Origin: a virus
IMG/VR virus record: IMGVR_UViG_3300045988_082835
Length of the DNA stretch: 64,000 nucleotides
Reading direction: 5' to 3' (one strand)
Position numbers and translations under genes: made by a program. Positions within the stretch are counted from its first letter, which is position 1. Every line of letters begins with the position of its first letter. Below the pieces are notes generated by a model that ran no database searches, had not been told where the DNA came from, and saw only the letters and a program-made list of their open reading frames with translations. This document shows, one piece after another, positions 22,487-32,498 of the stretch.

Positions 22487-22790
22487 TTGAAATCCGCTTT
22501 GTGGTGTGGTACAATAAGTACAGAAAGTGAGAGAGACGAACGGCAGACAGCGACAGCGAACTTTCAAAAATCTTTCAAAAAACCTCTTGACAAGCCCTTG
22601 TGAGTGTGCTATAATAAGTACAGAAAACAAGGCAAGGAACCTTGAAAAGTGAATAAAAAAGGGCTTGACAAACTCTCCAAAGTGTGTTACACTATAAGGG
22701 GAACGAGAGAGGGCAAACAAGTAAAGGGCAAAAGCTCTTGAAAAAAGTTTGAAAAACCTCTTGACAAACTCCCGATAGTGTGGTACAATA
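22487..22790 (+). promoter_or_regulatory. array of four tandem sigma70-like promoters (22487, 22588, 22665, 22762), each with an AAAACCTCTTGACAA -35 context
   Basis: TTGAAA-17-TACAAT; TTGACA-17-TATAAT; TTGACA-17-TACACT; TTGACA-17-TACAAT. Confidence 0.45.
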
Positions 22791-22838
22791 TAATCAAAGG
22801 ACAAGGACAGTCCTAAAAACCAGAAAGGATGTATTACC

Positions 22839-23240
22839 ATGAGCGAGAAGAAAATCCGTATCACTAAGGCCCAGCGTTTCGAGGACATTAAGGCCCTCTT
22901 GGCTGGTGAGGAGGTGAAGCATGGCACAACCATGGAGATTGCCATGACCGTCATTGACCATGAGCTGGAGCTGTTGCGGAAGAAGAATAGCTCCGGCGGT
23001 GACAAGAAGCTGACCCCGACCCAGCAGGAGAACGAGAGCCTGAAGGAGCAGATTATGGAGTATCTGGCCGGCCTGCCCGATGACACCGACGGCGTGACCT
23101 GTACCGACATTTTCAAGTCTGTGCCCTCTCTGGCCGCTTTCTCCACTCAGAAGGCCGCCGCCCTTGTGCGGATGCTCAAGCTGGACGGCCGTGTGACCTG
23201 TCAGGAGAAGAAGGGCAAGTCTCTCTTTAAGATGGCGTAA
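22839..23240 (+). CDS. hypothetical early protein
   Basis: ORF track; preceded by four tandem sigma70-like promoters. Confidence 0.45.
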   Translation: MSEKKIRITKAQRFEDIKALLAGEEVKHGTTMEIAMTVIDHELELLRKKNSSGGDKKLTPTQQENESLKEQIMEYLAGLPDDTDGVTCTDIFKSVPSLAAFSTQKAAALVRMLKLDGRVTCQEKKGKSLFKMA

Positions 23241-23377
23241 CCCCGTATAGGGCGGGGCGAAAATCCCCGCCCTACTCTATCTTAGGGGGTGAGACTATAT
23301 CGAGCCGTATCACTGACGCCGAGAGGTTATCGAGATATAAGCCTCTCCAACTGACACCAGAGGAGGAGGCGGAGCTA

Positions 23378-23695
23378 TTGGCCTATGACAAGGCGGTGGA
23401 AGCTGGTGAAAAAACTCAATACGATTTATCGCCCGATAAAGCGAAAATCGCGCAGAAATTCGCCCATGCTGGCACAAGAAAAACCCCTACCGCCTACAAA
23501 TTTACACCACGGCAACGCAAGCCAAACGCAACTAAAGGCGGCATAATCGCAGAGCTGGCGGACTTTTTGGAAAAAAATAGTCAATTCTCGATTGTTGACC
23601 TTGCCATAACAAACAAGGAACGCCAAATTGCGTTTTTTATCGGTGGGGATAGTTTCGAGTTAACGCTTGTACAAAAGCGTAAACCGAAAAAATAA
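23378..23695 (+). CDS. hypothetical basic protein
   Basis: ORF track. Confidence 0.4.
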   Translation: MAYDKAVEAGEKTQYDLSPDKAKIAQKFAHAGTRKTPTAYKFTPRQRKPNATKGGIIAELADFLEKNSQFSIVDLAITNKERQIAFFIGGDSFELTLVQKRKPKK

Positions 23696-23696
23696 C

Positions 23697-23735
23697 GGGG
23701 TAGGGCTGGCCTACCCCAGCCCTACCAGAAAAGAG
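23697..23735 (+). terminator. rho-independent terminator
   Basis: GGGGTAGGGCTGGCCTACCCCAGCCCTACC hairpin. Confidence 0.45.
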
Positions 23736-23743
23736 GTATTCCA

Positions 23744-24102
23744 TAGTTAGCACACAGACACGGGAAAAGGAGTTTCTATACGTCGGGCATTATGTAGACG
23801 TAAAGGGACGCTATATTCTCAAGATTGGCACAACAAACGACCTCGAAAGACGGGCCGCCGAGCATACAAGGAATTATAAACGGGCAAAAGACTATACCAT
23901 GCCTGTGGATAGTGCTTTTTCCTATGATTGGTATATCCGGTTATCTAAGTATAATACCCTTCGATATGAGGACTTGAACCGGACTTTATGGCAAAATATG
24001 GGAATTGGACATTTTATCAGAAACGACCGCTTTCTCTGTGACACGCCCCCGCGCATGGTAACAGTCATTATCCGCAAGGCATACCCGGTTATTCTAAGCT
24101 AA
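23744..24102 (+). CDS. T5orf172/GIY-YIG-like domain protein; start codon unclear
   Basis: LYVGHYVDVKGRYILKIGTTNDLERRAAEH motif; no in-frame ATG upstream of the conserved domain. Confidence 0.4.
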
Positions 24103-24139
24103 CAAGAACCACCCCAGAAATGGGGTGGTTTTTTTATCC

Positions 24140-25450
24140 CAATATGCGGGCGGGCCGGTCGCGGGCGACTCGGCCCGAATTTCCCCGATCGGACCATAGC
24201 GCAAAATTTTCATAGCAAGTTGGCCATAACGCAACTTAGTCTAGAATCTCCCAAAATTATATTATAACCCGATCGGTTTTCTATCTTATCCCGATCGGTC
24301 CAGCAATAGCGGCTTTCTCGTCCATTTTTTATAATAAAAAAATTTAAAATTGTCAAGTGTTCATAAGACTAACATTATCCCCTATACAGCTAACAATAGC
24401 AAAGATGTTGCTATGAAAAACAAATACCAGCGAGAGATTTTTCTGCGGCGCCGATCGGAATAACGAGATTTTATAATAAAAATAGCTAGAAAATTCTACT
24501 TTTAGCTAGGTAAACCGATCGGTCCGCAGGTTTTTCCTCTTGTTTTTCTCTTAATATAGCGAAAATTCTCTAAAAATCTAGCAAAAACGCACATTTTTCT
24601 AATAAAATTACTTAAAAATTAGCAAAATTTGCCTCATTTTCAGCAAATCTTCTTGATGTTCACCCTTTCTATACTTTTATAGATACAATTAAAAAGACTT
24701 ATTCTCTAGCTAAGAATTTTCTAGTCGATGCCTCAATCAGAGAAGTTATTTTAGAATAAAAGATCTTTAAGCTAGGGCCGATCGGTTGCAATTTATAAAA
24801 TAATATTATATAATATAAATATAAAAGGAAAGAAAAGAGGAATATATTCCATGGATTATACTAATATGATTAAATGTGCTCTTGATGGCGGTGCGTCTCT
24901 CGACGATATTGCTAAGGAGTTTACTGATGCTCTAAATGTCTTTAATAAGCAGAATCAGGTTCGGAAGGCTCGTCAGCAAGCTTTGGATGAAATTGAGTCG
25001 ACTTTCTAAATGCTGTTGATGATGAGCATCTTGATGCAGAGCATATCGGACAGCTTGCAGTTCTTATTTATGCTCCTTCTCACCCTGAGTGGGATGCTGA
25101 TACTATCAATAAATATGCAGAGGCTATCACTGAGACTGCTCGTATTTCTGCCCGAATTGTCGGGATGAATAATATCAATGATGCACTTGCAGCGACAGAG
25201 GAAGAGCTTGATAAGATAATTGAGAAGGCGATTCAGGAGATGCGAAATGAATCGGTCTCCGTTTCCATCAAGAGCAACAATGATGAAGATGTGGTAGCTA
25301 AGTTCTTGAGAGGGCTTAGATAAAAGAGAGGTAGAGATACCTCTCTTTTTTTATTGCTATTAAACAAGAGGAAAGAAGTAGAAGAATCGCGGAAGCCTAG
25401 GTTTACGATCGTTTTGACGAGTGTTGTGATGGTTGTACCTAGACCCGATC
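24140..25450. repeat. seven copies of the palindrome CCGATCGG scattered through an AT-rich non-coding region
   Basis: copies near 24185, 24262, 24288, 24447, 24518, 24778 and 25443; AGCAAAA direct repeats at 24570..24650. Confidence 0.5.
24841..25323 (+). CDS. hypothetical protein in two frames (51-aa N-part, about 100-aa C-part) joined by an apparent -1 shift at CTTTCTAAATG
   Basis: both parts protein-like; frame change at T-TTC-TAA. Confidence 0.3.
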
Positions 25451-25454
25451 GGCA

Positions 25455-25530
25455 CCCAACTCTACTATTTCTCCAATTTTCTCTACTATTTCTCCAATTT
25501 TCTCTACTATTTCTCCAATTTTCTCCAATT
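25455..25530. repeat. tandem direct repeat TCTACTATTTCTCCAATTTTC x3.5
   Basis: visible 20-21-bp periodicity. Confidence 0.6.
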
Positions 25531-25869
25531 TCACTTATATTCTCCCTATAGTCTATCCACTTTCTTATGGCTTCGCTTGTAATCTAACTCGAATCCTCAT
25601 ATAGATTCAATAATCCCTTTTCCTCTACCTCTATTAATCTCTCTTACCCTACCCATTACTCTTCTTCTTGACTTTTCCCTTTAATTTTTGATTCGATTTT
25701 TCTAAAACCTTCTTCCAGCTTTTCAATTCGATTTTCTAAATCATTTGCTCCCATCGTCCCATCTATACTTCCTTGAATATCCTCCCACCTCTGAAAATCT
25801 TCCATGGTTATCCTCCCTATCCATCGCTTTCTCACAAATACATGAAAAAGTCGCCGTTGTCTTTTCTTT

Positions 25870-26110
25870 GTTATCTTATATATATGTTATATTTATGGTA
25901 TTGTCAGAATACCATGAAATGGATTTTTATTTACTTTCATGGTATTGTCAGAAAACCATGTCATAGTATTGTTGGAATACCATGAAATAAATCTTTCAAT
26001 TAAAATCATAGTATTGTCAGAATACTATGAAATTTTCATAGCTTTCCAACAAATACATGATTTCATAGGTTTCTCACAATACTATGAAATTCATGGTATT
26101 CTCAGAAATA
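25870..26110. repeat. six iteron-like imperfect palindromes CATGGTATTGTCAGAATACCATGAAAT spaced 30-45 bp apart
   Basis: repeated units with dyad GGTATT..AATACC; next to the wHTH and RHH genes. Confidence 0.55.
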
Positions 26111-26118
26111 CATGAAAA

Positions 26119-26517
26119 TTAAAACGAAAATTTTTCTCCGTTAGGAGCGACATAATTATATTTATCCTCGTCAATAATTTTAGGAACTTCGTAAAAATCG
26201 TAATACCCCTTCTTCTCAAGAGGAATCAAATACCCTTTTTCTACCAATCCTTCTATTGCATTTGTATATTTAGCTTTCTTTATACCCAACTCCCTCTCAA
26301 TAATAGTAGGGCCAAAATCATAATCTGTCAACTTCTCTGACTAACTAGCAAAAAATATCCATAAAGAAAACTCACCATCACTAAGTTCTCTTCTCGCCGC
26401 AAATAAAGCATCCTTATTAATTCTAGCATATATATTATTAGTATTACAAGGCTCTTTATGAATATGACTTACTGTTCGCTAATTAGGACTTCTTCTTTTG
26501 TCTGCCATGGCAATCAT
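26119..26517 (-). CDS. winged-helix DNA-binding protein (Rep/regulator-like), 2 in-frame TAG
   Basis: ERELGIKKAKYTNAIEGLVEKGYL wHTH-like; ORF-track 26119..26331 extended through TAG. Confidence 0.45.
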
Positions 26518-26701
26518 CCTCCAATAGCGAACTTTGTCCCTTATATTTCTCAATCGCTTCTCTTAATTCCTAAGTATCTTCAAAAAGATAAACATTTAAC
26601 CAAGGTTTCTAAGCATTTGGTGCTGTTCCAACAACCTTAAATCCCAACTCACATAGCTTTCTAGCTAACTTCAAAGTAAAAACCTTATAATTATTAGTCA
26701 T
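26483..26701 (-). CDS. hypothetical small protein, 1 in-frame TAG
   Basis: ATG after AAAGGAG; overlaps downstream gene in another frame. Confidence 0.3.
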
Positions 26702-26717
26702 TTTGTTTTCGTCTCCT

Positions 26718-26861
26718 TTAGTCGTTTGAATGGTTTTCTATATATTCTTTTACTGCTTTTCTAATTACTTGCGACATAGTTAAATCTCTATCCTTCGCAA
26801 ACTCTTCTAAAGTCTTTTTTTCTTCCTCTGTTAATCTAACAGAAACAGTCGAATAATTCAT
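26718..26861 (-). CDS. ribbon-helix-helix (CopG/Arc-like) DNA-binding protein
   Basis: STVSVRLTEEEKKTLEEFAKDRDLTMSQVIRKAVKEYI; RBS GAGAGGTG. Confidence 0.55.
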   Translation of the reverse strand: MNYSTVSVRLTEEEKKTLEEFAKDRDLTMSQVIRKAVKEYIENHSND

Positions 26862-27064
26862 ATTATCACCTCTCTACTATATTTCACTTTTATTATACCA
26901 TAATTTTTCTGCTTTGTCCTAAAATTTGTTAAACTTTTTTCTAAAAAAATAAACAATATAACAACTGCGGACTGGCAATTTTCTTGCCTAAAATTTTCCC
27001 GCATCCGTGAGAAATTATGACGATTCGTTGTATGCCCTCCCGCATTTGAAATTGTATATTTTAT

Positions 27065-27583
27065 ATGGTATTATATTTATATATAAAGGAGGTTAATGTA
27101 ATGCTACCTATTATTCTACCTATTGCTTTCTGTATTATGCTGCTCATCTTTTTGCTCGCAGGTTGTGACAGCATTATCGAGTATATAGTATGCTCACTCT
27201 TTTCCATGTTTGGCTCTATATTTCTAACATTTCTATCACTCGTAGTATGCGTATTCATCATTGAATGTGCAAACCCCGAAACCTATTCAGCAGAAACTAT
27301 CGCAACCTATGATATTATCGCACTAAGTGATAACTTTAGTTCAGAAGATGGACTTTGCTATTCGTTCCTATATCAAACGGATAAAGGCATCACTTCAAAG
27401 TCTATTAAAGCAGATAAAACTTACATTCAAGAAACTTCCGACGCTCCATATGCAACAGAAAACACTGTCCGCTTTAAAAATCCCGTCCTAAATGTTTTGT
27501 TTGGCTCTTGGTCTACAGAATATAATATCTATATTCCAGAAGGGTCATTTATCCAAGATGGATATGGCATTAGCCTTGAGTAA
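27065..27583 (+). CDS. membrane protein (two N-terminal TM helices)
   Basis: ORF track; RBS AAGGAGG; terminator 27585..27620. Confidence 0.5.
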   Translation: MVLYLYIKEVNVMLPIILPIAFCIMLLIFLLAGCDSIIEYIVCSLFSMFGSIFLTFLSLVVCVFIIECANPETYSAETIATYDIIALSDNFSSEDGLCYSFLYQTDKGITSKSIKADKTYIQETSDAPYATENTVRFKNPVLNVLFGSWSTEYNIYIPEGSFIQDGYGISLE

Positions 27584-27668
27584 ATAAAGACTCCCTTTTA
27601 AGGGAGTCTTTATTTTTTTATAAAAATATTATATAATATATATAGAAAGTAAGAAAGGAAGTAAAGTC

Positions 27669-28106
27669 ATGGAGATTAGTAAGCTAGTTGAGACAAAAGG
27701 ATATAAGAACTCTACTGTAAAAATTTGTGAGTTCCTCGATTTTTCTGACACTGATCAGCTCAAAAGAGCTAAATTCTTTGCTATCCAAGAAACTTATAGT
27801 CCTATCCCGGTTCTCGGAATTAGTATAAATAATGGAGATCCGACTTGGCGGCTATGCGAAGTAAATAATGATGTGGATGAACTTTACTCTGTTGATAAAG
27901 GATATAAAATTTGTCTCAAAGTTTGCAACGAGCACGGAGGCAATATCTATTATCAAAGTGACTTTCTTTCTTTGCTGAAAAGTGGGCATATTATTTATTG
28001 CCCCGATGAAAGTAAATATGAAATCAAACACATTACTTGCGCAGAAAAGATCTCTGATGGAGCCATTCTAATTCACGAATTCGACTCTATAGAGAAGAGG
28101 AAATAA
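27669..28106 (+). CDS. hypothetical middle-gene protein
   Basis: ORF track; conserved promoter/5'UTR motif upstream. Confidence 0.5.
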   Translation: MEISKLVETKGYKNSTVKICEFLDFSDTDQLKRAKFFAIQETYSPIPVLGISINNGDPTWRLCEVNNDVDELYSVDKGYKICLKVCNEHGGNIYYQSDFLSLLKSGHIIYCPDESKYEIKHITCAEKISDGAILIHEFDSIEKRK

Positions 28107-28108
28107 AT

Positions 28109-28294
28109 ATGTCATTTCTTATCTATACAGGCTCCTTCGAGTTAGCGGCAAGAGAACTTGCTAAAACCCCAGAAGCGCAAGATGACTTTGACCTACAAGC
28201 TAAGATCTGCCGCAAATATGGAATTTTCCTAGAAAATATAACTGATGATGAAGTTGAAATGTTGTCCCGCATGGTTGAAGAATTTGCTAATTAA
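28109..28294 (+). CDS. hypothetical small acidic protein
   Basis: ORF track. Confidence 0.4.
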   Translation: MSFLIYTGSFELAARELAKTPEAQDDFDLQAKICRKYGIFLENITDDEVEMLSRMVEEFAN

Positions 28295-28310
28295 GAAAGG
28301 AAGAAATAAC

Positions 28311-28856
28311 ATGATTGGTGAAACTATTACTGTAAATGGAGTAAAGTGCCTCGTTCTTGACGAAATTAATGGTAATCCCTTCGTGATTGCCCTTGAGGTA
28401 GAAATTTATTCTGTTTTTGGAGACTCCAATAACTATAAAGAGAGTGGTTCGCGGAAGACCATTGAGTCTTGGTTTAAAAATACCGGTATCAAGGCTATCG
28501 CCCGTGATGTCGATCTCACCGCAATGGATGGATATAAAGGGTACGGCACACTAAATACTACTGTCGCGCCCCTTACTTTCGATGAATACCGAAAGTACAA
28601 TCATATTCTGACTCCTCATATCAAGAATTCGTTCTGGTTGGTTACCCCTTGGGGAAGTCCCGAAAAGGATAATTGGGCCTCGAACGGCGTTTGCATTGTC
28701 AACATCGATGGATCGGCGACCGGCAACACCTACGACAACATCTTCGGGCTCGCGCCGGCTTTCATCCTCGACAAAAACCAGTATTTTAACAAGTCTCTTA
28801 GTGATTTCACCAATGAGGAATTGATTGCCGAGCTTAACAAGAGATTGAAGGTGTAA
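28311..28856 (+). CDS. hypothetical protein
   Basis: ORF track 28245..28856; ATG at 28311 after AAGGAAG. Confidence 0.45.
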   Translation: MIGETITVNGVKCLVLDEINGNPFVIALEVEIYSVFGDSNNYKESGSRKTIESWFKNTGIKAIARDVDLTAMDGYKGYGTLNTTVAPLTFDEYRKYNHILTPHIKNSFWLVTPWGSPEKDNWASNGVCIVNIDGSATGNTYDNIFGLAPAFILDKNQYFNKSLSDFTNEELIAELNKRLKV

Positions 28857-28858
28857 TT

Positions 28859-29734
28859 ATGTATCTTCTCCCCTCTGCTCTTATTGACTCTATCTTAAAT
28901 AAATATACTGAAAGAGTTAATTCTAAGTCTGGATATTATAAAATTCCATATGAATCGTGGAGACTTCTAAAGAAACTTGCTTCTTCAGATTTAATTTTTG
29001 AAGTTGAAACTAAGCTCAAAAACGGAGAAATCCACCTATGTTTGACTAGCGATTCCCTCCACTACGAGATCCCTGTTACCTACGGTTTTGTAAATGTTAT
29101 GAAAGAAAGGTTGATTAAGATGACTGATACCAATTCCACTTATCCCATGCCTGCGAAGAAGAAAACTGCGCTTAATATGAATTTTGATTTCGGCCCCATC
29201 AATGAAGGCGTGGCTATTTCTCCTTACGGCCTTGCTGTCCTCACCGCAGATTACCGTTGGCTGACCTACAATCCCGCAACCGCGCAGACTGTTGAAGTAA
29301 CTGGCTTTACTTTTGATTTTAAGGGCATGATTTACAAGATTCCTGCCACCATTAAAGACGTTTCCGTGGGCGATCTGATTATCCATCAGAAGAAGCCTAT
29401 GTATGTGACTGAAATTACCGATTCTAATATCGGAGTTGTAGATATTATCAATTCTGAGGTAAAGACCGTCATTCCCATTACCAATATGTTCGGCTTTAAT
29501 TTCATCACCAAGATCGTATCTTTCCTCAATTTTGGTTCTTCTACTCCCACCGAGGAGCAGCCCTTTGGTAATATTATGCCTATTATCATGGCTAGCATGG
29601 TATTCAATGAGGATGAAGACTCTACCTTCGGCAACATGGATATGAGCAAGCTGATGATGATTTCTATGCTGTCCGGCAACTCCAATCCCTTTGGCAATAT
29701 GTTTAATTTCAATCTCAACACTCAAAATAAGTAA
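28859..29734 (+). CDS. hypothetical protein with C-terminal FGN-repeat region
   Basis: ORF track 291 aa. Confidence 0.45.
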   Translation: MYLLPSALIDSILNKYTERVNSKSGYYKIPYESWRLLKKLASSDLIFEVETKLKNGEIHLCLTSDSLHYEIPVTYGFVNVMKERLIKMTDTNSTYPMPAKKKTALNMNFDFGPINEGVAISPYGLAVLTADYRWLTYNPATAQTVEVTGFTFDFKGMIYKIPATIKDVSVGDLIIHQKKPMYVTEITDSNIGVVDIINSEVKTVIPITNMFGFNFITKIVSFLNFGSSTPTEEQPFGNIMPIIMASMVFNEDEDSTFGNMDMSKLMMISMLSGNSNPFGNMFNFNLNTQNK

Positions 29735-29838
29735 TTTAAAGAGGATGGCAGAAAGCCATCCTCTTTCTTCTTTTGATTTTTTATATATTTTATAATATAA
29801 TATATACATAAAGAATAAGAAAGGAAGAGGATTGCCAA

Positions 29839-30065
29839 TGACTGCTATTATTACTTGTTCTATCGAGGATGCAACTTTCGAGAGCCATTTTGCTATTGAT
29901 AAGGGAACTCCTGAGTATATGATCGCGGATGAGGCATATCGACTTGCTATTCTGTTCGCACAGACTCAGTTCATCGCAAGATTTGGTCGTCTTATTTCTG
30001 GATACGATTTTGGCGAATTTCTCAAAAAGCTTGATTATGATTATAAAATCAAGGAGGAAGAGTAA
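29839..30065 (+). CDS. hypothetical small protein
   Basis: ORF track; ATG 29839 after conserved 5'UTR motif. Confidence 0.4.
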
Positions 30066-30313
30066 TGAAAGATATTTTTGTAGTCTATTCTTGGCCGGAG
30101 TATGAAGATACGCCTGAATATAAGTGCGCAGTTTCGTCAGAATCGGATGCGCAAGAGATGGTTCTTTCCTTCTGGGAGAGTGCTGCATACGACTCTTATC
30201 TCTTTTGTTTAGGGATGGGGTATGTCTATTGCATGAATGACTTTGACGATGATATTTATATAGATGATTTCGGCTACTTTAAAACTTCATTAATTGACAA
30301 AGAGCTTCCTTAA
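30065..30313 (+). CDS. hypothetical small acidic protein
   Basis: ORF track. Confidence 0.4.
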   Translation: MKDIFVVYSWPEYEDTPEYKCAVSSESDAQEMVLSFWESAAYDSYLFCLGMGYVYCMNDFDDDIYIDDFGYFKTSLIDKELP

Positions 30314-30390
30314 GGAAGCTCTTTTTCTTTTGCAAAAATTAAAAAATAATGATATAATAATTATAGAAAGTGATTAAGGAGGTTTAAATT

Positions 30391-30873
30391 ATGCCTGTTG
30401 CTCCTAGTTTTCAATCCTATAAGCGTATCAGTGAAGAGCCTTTCATTAAAAATGGTAAGTATTATGTGACTGTAGAACACCCCAATACCAAAAATCATCG
30501 AGATGTTCGTTGGTATTCTGAAGCTGAATTCGCCAAAGCATATGGTAAGAAAATCGTAGATACTGATAAAGGATATGACGGATTGAAGCACGCAAGAGGC
30601 TTTGATAATGGCCCTATCCTTGTAATTCGTGGTAATAAAGCTGCGGATGAAGATTGGTTGCGGGAATCCGTAGCTCGATATGCCGTAGGGATTGGTTGGT
30701 ATATCGCTTCGACTGATACTTTCCCTGATGATGCACCTGATCATCTGAAGTATCTCTTGCTCGGATGGGACGAATTCCGCGATGGAGATGACCGTCATAT
30801 GAAGAAGCCTGCGGATCTGTCTACCCTATTGGATAAAAAAGCAAGAGCGAAAGAGTGGGTGAAAATGAAATGA
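30391..30873 (+). CDS. hypothetical protein
   Basis: ORF track; RBS AAGGAGG. Confidence 0.5.
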   Translation: MPVAPSFQSYKRISEEPFIKNGKYYVTVEHPNTKNHRDVRWYSEAEFAKAYGKKIVDTDKGYDGLKHARGFDNGPILVIRGNKAADEDWLRESVARYAVGIGWYIASTDTFPDDAPDHLKYLLLGWDEFRDGDDRHMKKPADLSTLLDKKARAKEWVKMK

Positions 30874-31030
30874 GTATCCTATTGATTGTTCTTTACGCTC
30901 TTATGTCTGCATCGTTCTTCGTTTTGGCTGCTTTAGCCGACGGAAAGACTGTTAAAGTATTAAACAGTGTCACAGCAGTTTGTTGGTTGGTCAACTGTAT
31001 TCTTACTATAATCAGAGAATTGGCAATCTA
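30872..31030 (+). CDS. small membrane protein (52 aa)
   Basis: ATG overlaps upstream stop (ATGA); hydrophobic. Confidence 0.35.
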
Positions 31031-31119
31031 ATTACCACATCAGTTCAAGAAATCGGTTTGCAAAAAACAAAAAAATAAGTTATAATAATTATAGAAAGTG
31101 AGAAAGGAGATTCCTTGTA

Positions 31120-31428
31120 GTGAGCGTTGATTATCGCACCGAAATAGTCTACGGAGTTCTTCTTGATAAGAATGAAATTAACATTCTTAATCAAAAGGAT
31201 GATGAATTTCGGGATACAAATTGTAATTTTATTCACATAGCCGACTGTTATACTGATGCTAGCGATATTGTCATCGGTGTTGAAATAGGCGGCGCTATTG
31301 AGGAAGGTACAGCTAGAAAGATTGCGCTTCCTGAAATCATTCCCGAAATGGATAAAGTGGAAAATATTCTCCGTGAACTCGGCGTTACACGAGAATTTGC
31401 ATGGTATGCAATTCATTGTGTCTCATAG
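31120..31428 (+). CDS. hypothetical protein (GTG start)
   Basis: ORF track; conserved promoter/5'UTR motif upstream. Confidence 0.45.
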   Translation: MSVDYRTEIVYGVLLDKNEINILNQKDDEFRDTNCNFIHIADCYTDASDIVIGVEIGGAIEEGTARKIALPEIIPEMDKVENILRELGVTREFAWYAIHCVS

Positions 31429-31508
31429 TCCAAGAAATTTTCTTGACTCTACTCAAAAAATATCATATAATATAAATACAATAAAACAAGAGAGGAATTG
31501 ATTAATTT

Positions 31509-31949
31509 ATGTCTAACACTGTAAAGAAGCCCACTAAGAAAGCCAATTATAATGCTATTTTGAGCATTCTGTCCGCCGCTGAAGGCGAGGGTCTCGTTCT
31601 CGAGTCCACAGAGATTACCTATGATAGTCTGCGCGAGTTCATTGAGCATGAGGTTGAGCTCCTTGATAATAAGGCCGCTGCTGCCGCTAAGAGAGCTGCT
31701 GCTAAGAAGGTCGAGGGAGATGCTCTTCGCGAGAAGATTTATGATGTCCTTACCGATGAGCCTATGACCATTAGTGACATTGTAAAGGCTCTGAACGACG
31801 AGGACATTTCTGCTCAGATGGTAACTGCACGTCTGACTCAGCTCGCTTCTCCTGAGGTTAACCGTGTTGTGAAGGAGACTGTGAGTGTTCCTGCCTCTAG
31901 CGAGGGTGGAAAGAGCAAGAAGCTTTCTGCTTACCGCAGAATTGGCTAA
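31509..31949 (+). CDS. hypothetical Ala/Lys-rich protein
   Basis: ORF track; terminator 31952..31995. Confidence 0.45.
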   Translation: MSNTVKKPTKKANYNAILSILSAAEGEGLVLESTEITYDSLREFIEHEVELLDNKAAAAAKRAAAKKVEGDALREKIYDVLTDEPMTISDIVKALNDEDISAQMVTARLTQLASPEVNRVVKETVSVPASSEGGKSKKLSAYRRIG

Positions 31950-32243
31950 TTAAAACCTTTAGAAAGGTAGCTACGAAGAGTAGCTACCTTTCTTTTTATC
32001 CACATTTTAGTACAAATTGCAAAGCCAGAGGGCCCTCCTGGGAAATTCATAATGTGACATACCACACATAATATAATAACAATAGCAATAATAATCAGAA
32101 ACATAGGTCAAACTCCTTTAACTTTTATTATATATTTATTATAACAAAGCAAAAGCACAATGTCAATTTGGCATTTTCTTCTCAAGATTGACGGGTTATT
32201 TATTATATGCTATAATAAATATATAATAAAGGAGGGTTGTTCA

Positions 32244-32447
32244 ATGATATTTAGTTTAAATTATCATTCCGACAATAAGAAAAAGGCTGGAGAGATTAGA
32301 TGCCCTTATAATCAACTAGGAACTATTATTAAATTTATTAAAGAAAATCCAACAAAGAGATATAATATTATAATTCCAGATGATTTAGTTCAAATAGAAT
32401 TAACAAGATTAATTGAACAAGTAGATATAGTAAAATCAATAGCATAG
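32244..32447 (+). CDS. hypothetical small protein
   Basis: AAAGGAGGG then ATG 32244. Confidence 0.4.
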   Translation: MIFSLNYHSDNKKKAGEIRCPYNQLGTIIKFIKENPTKRYNIIIPDDLVQIELTRLIEQVDIVKSIA

Positions 32448-32498
32448 GATTACACAATTCAATGCGGAAATATCTTACAATTACAAGACTTAAAAAAT

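Noticed and set aside
22481-23146. Minus-strand 221-aa ORF and other antisense ORFs (29036..29809, 29790..30188, 30361..30798, 31045..31416, 37060..37572, 55997..57103, 58417..58836)
   Set aside because: They overlap better-supported plus-strand genes with motifs and RBS. They are antisense artefacts of AT-rich coding sequence.
25455-25530. Tandem repeat considered as a CRISPR array
   Set aside because: Units are contiguous with no spacers and there are no cas genes. It is a simple direct repeat.
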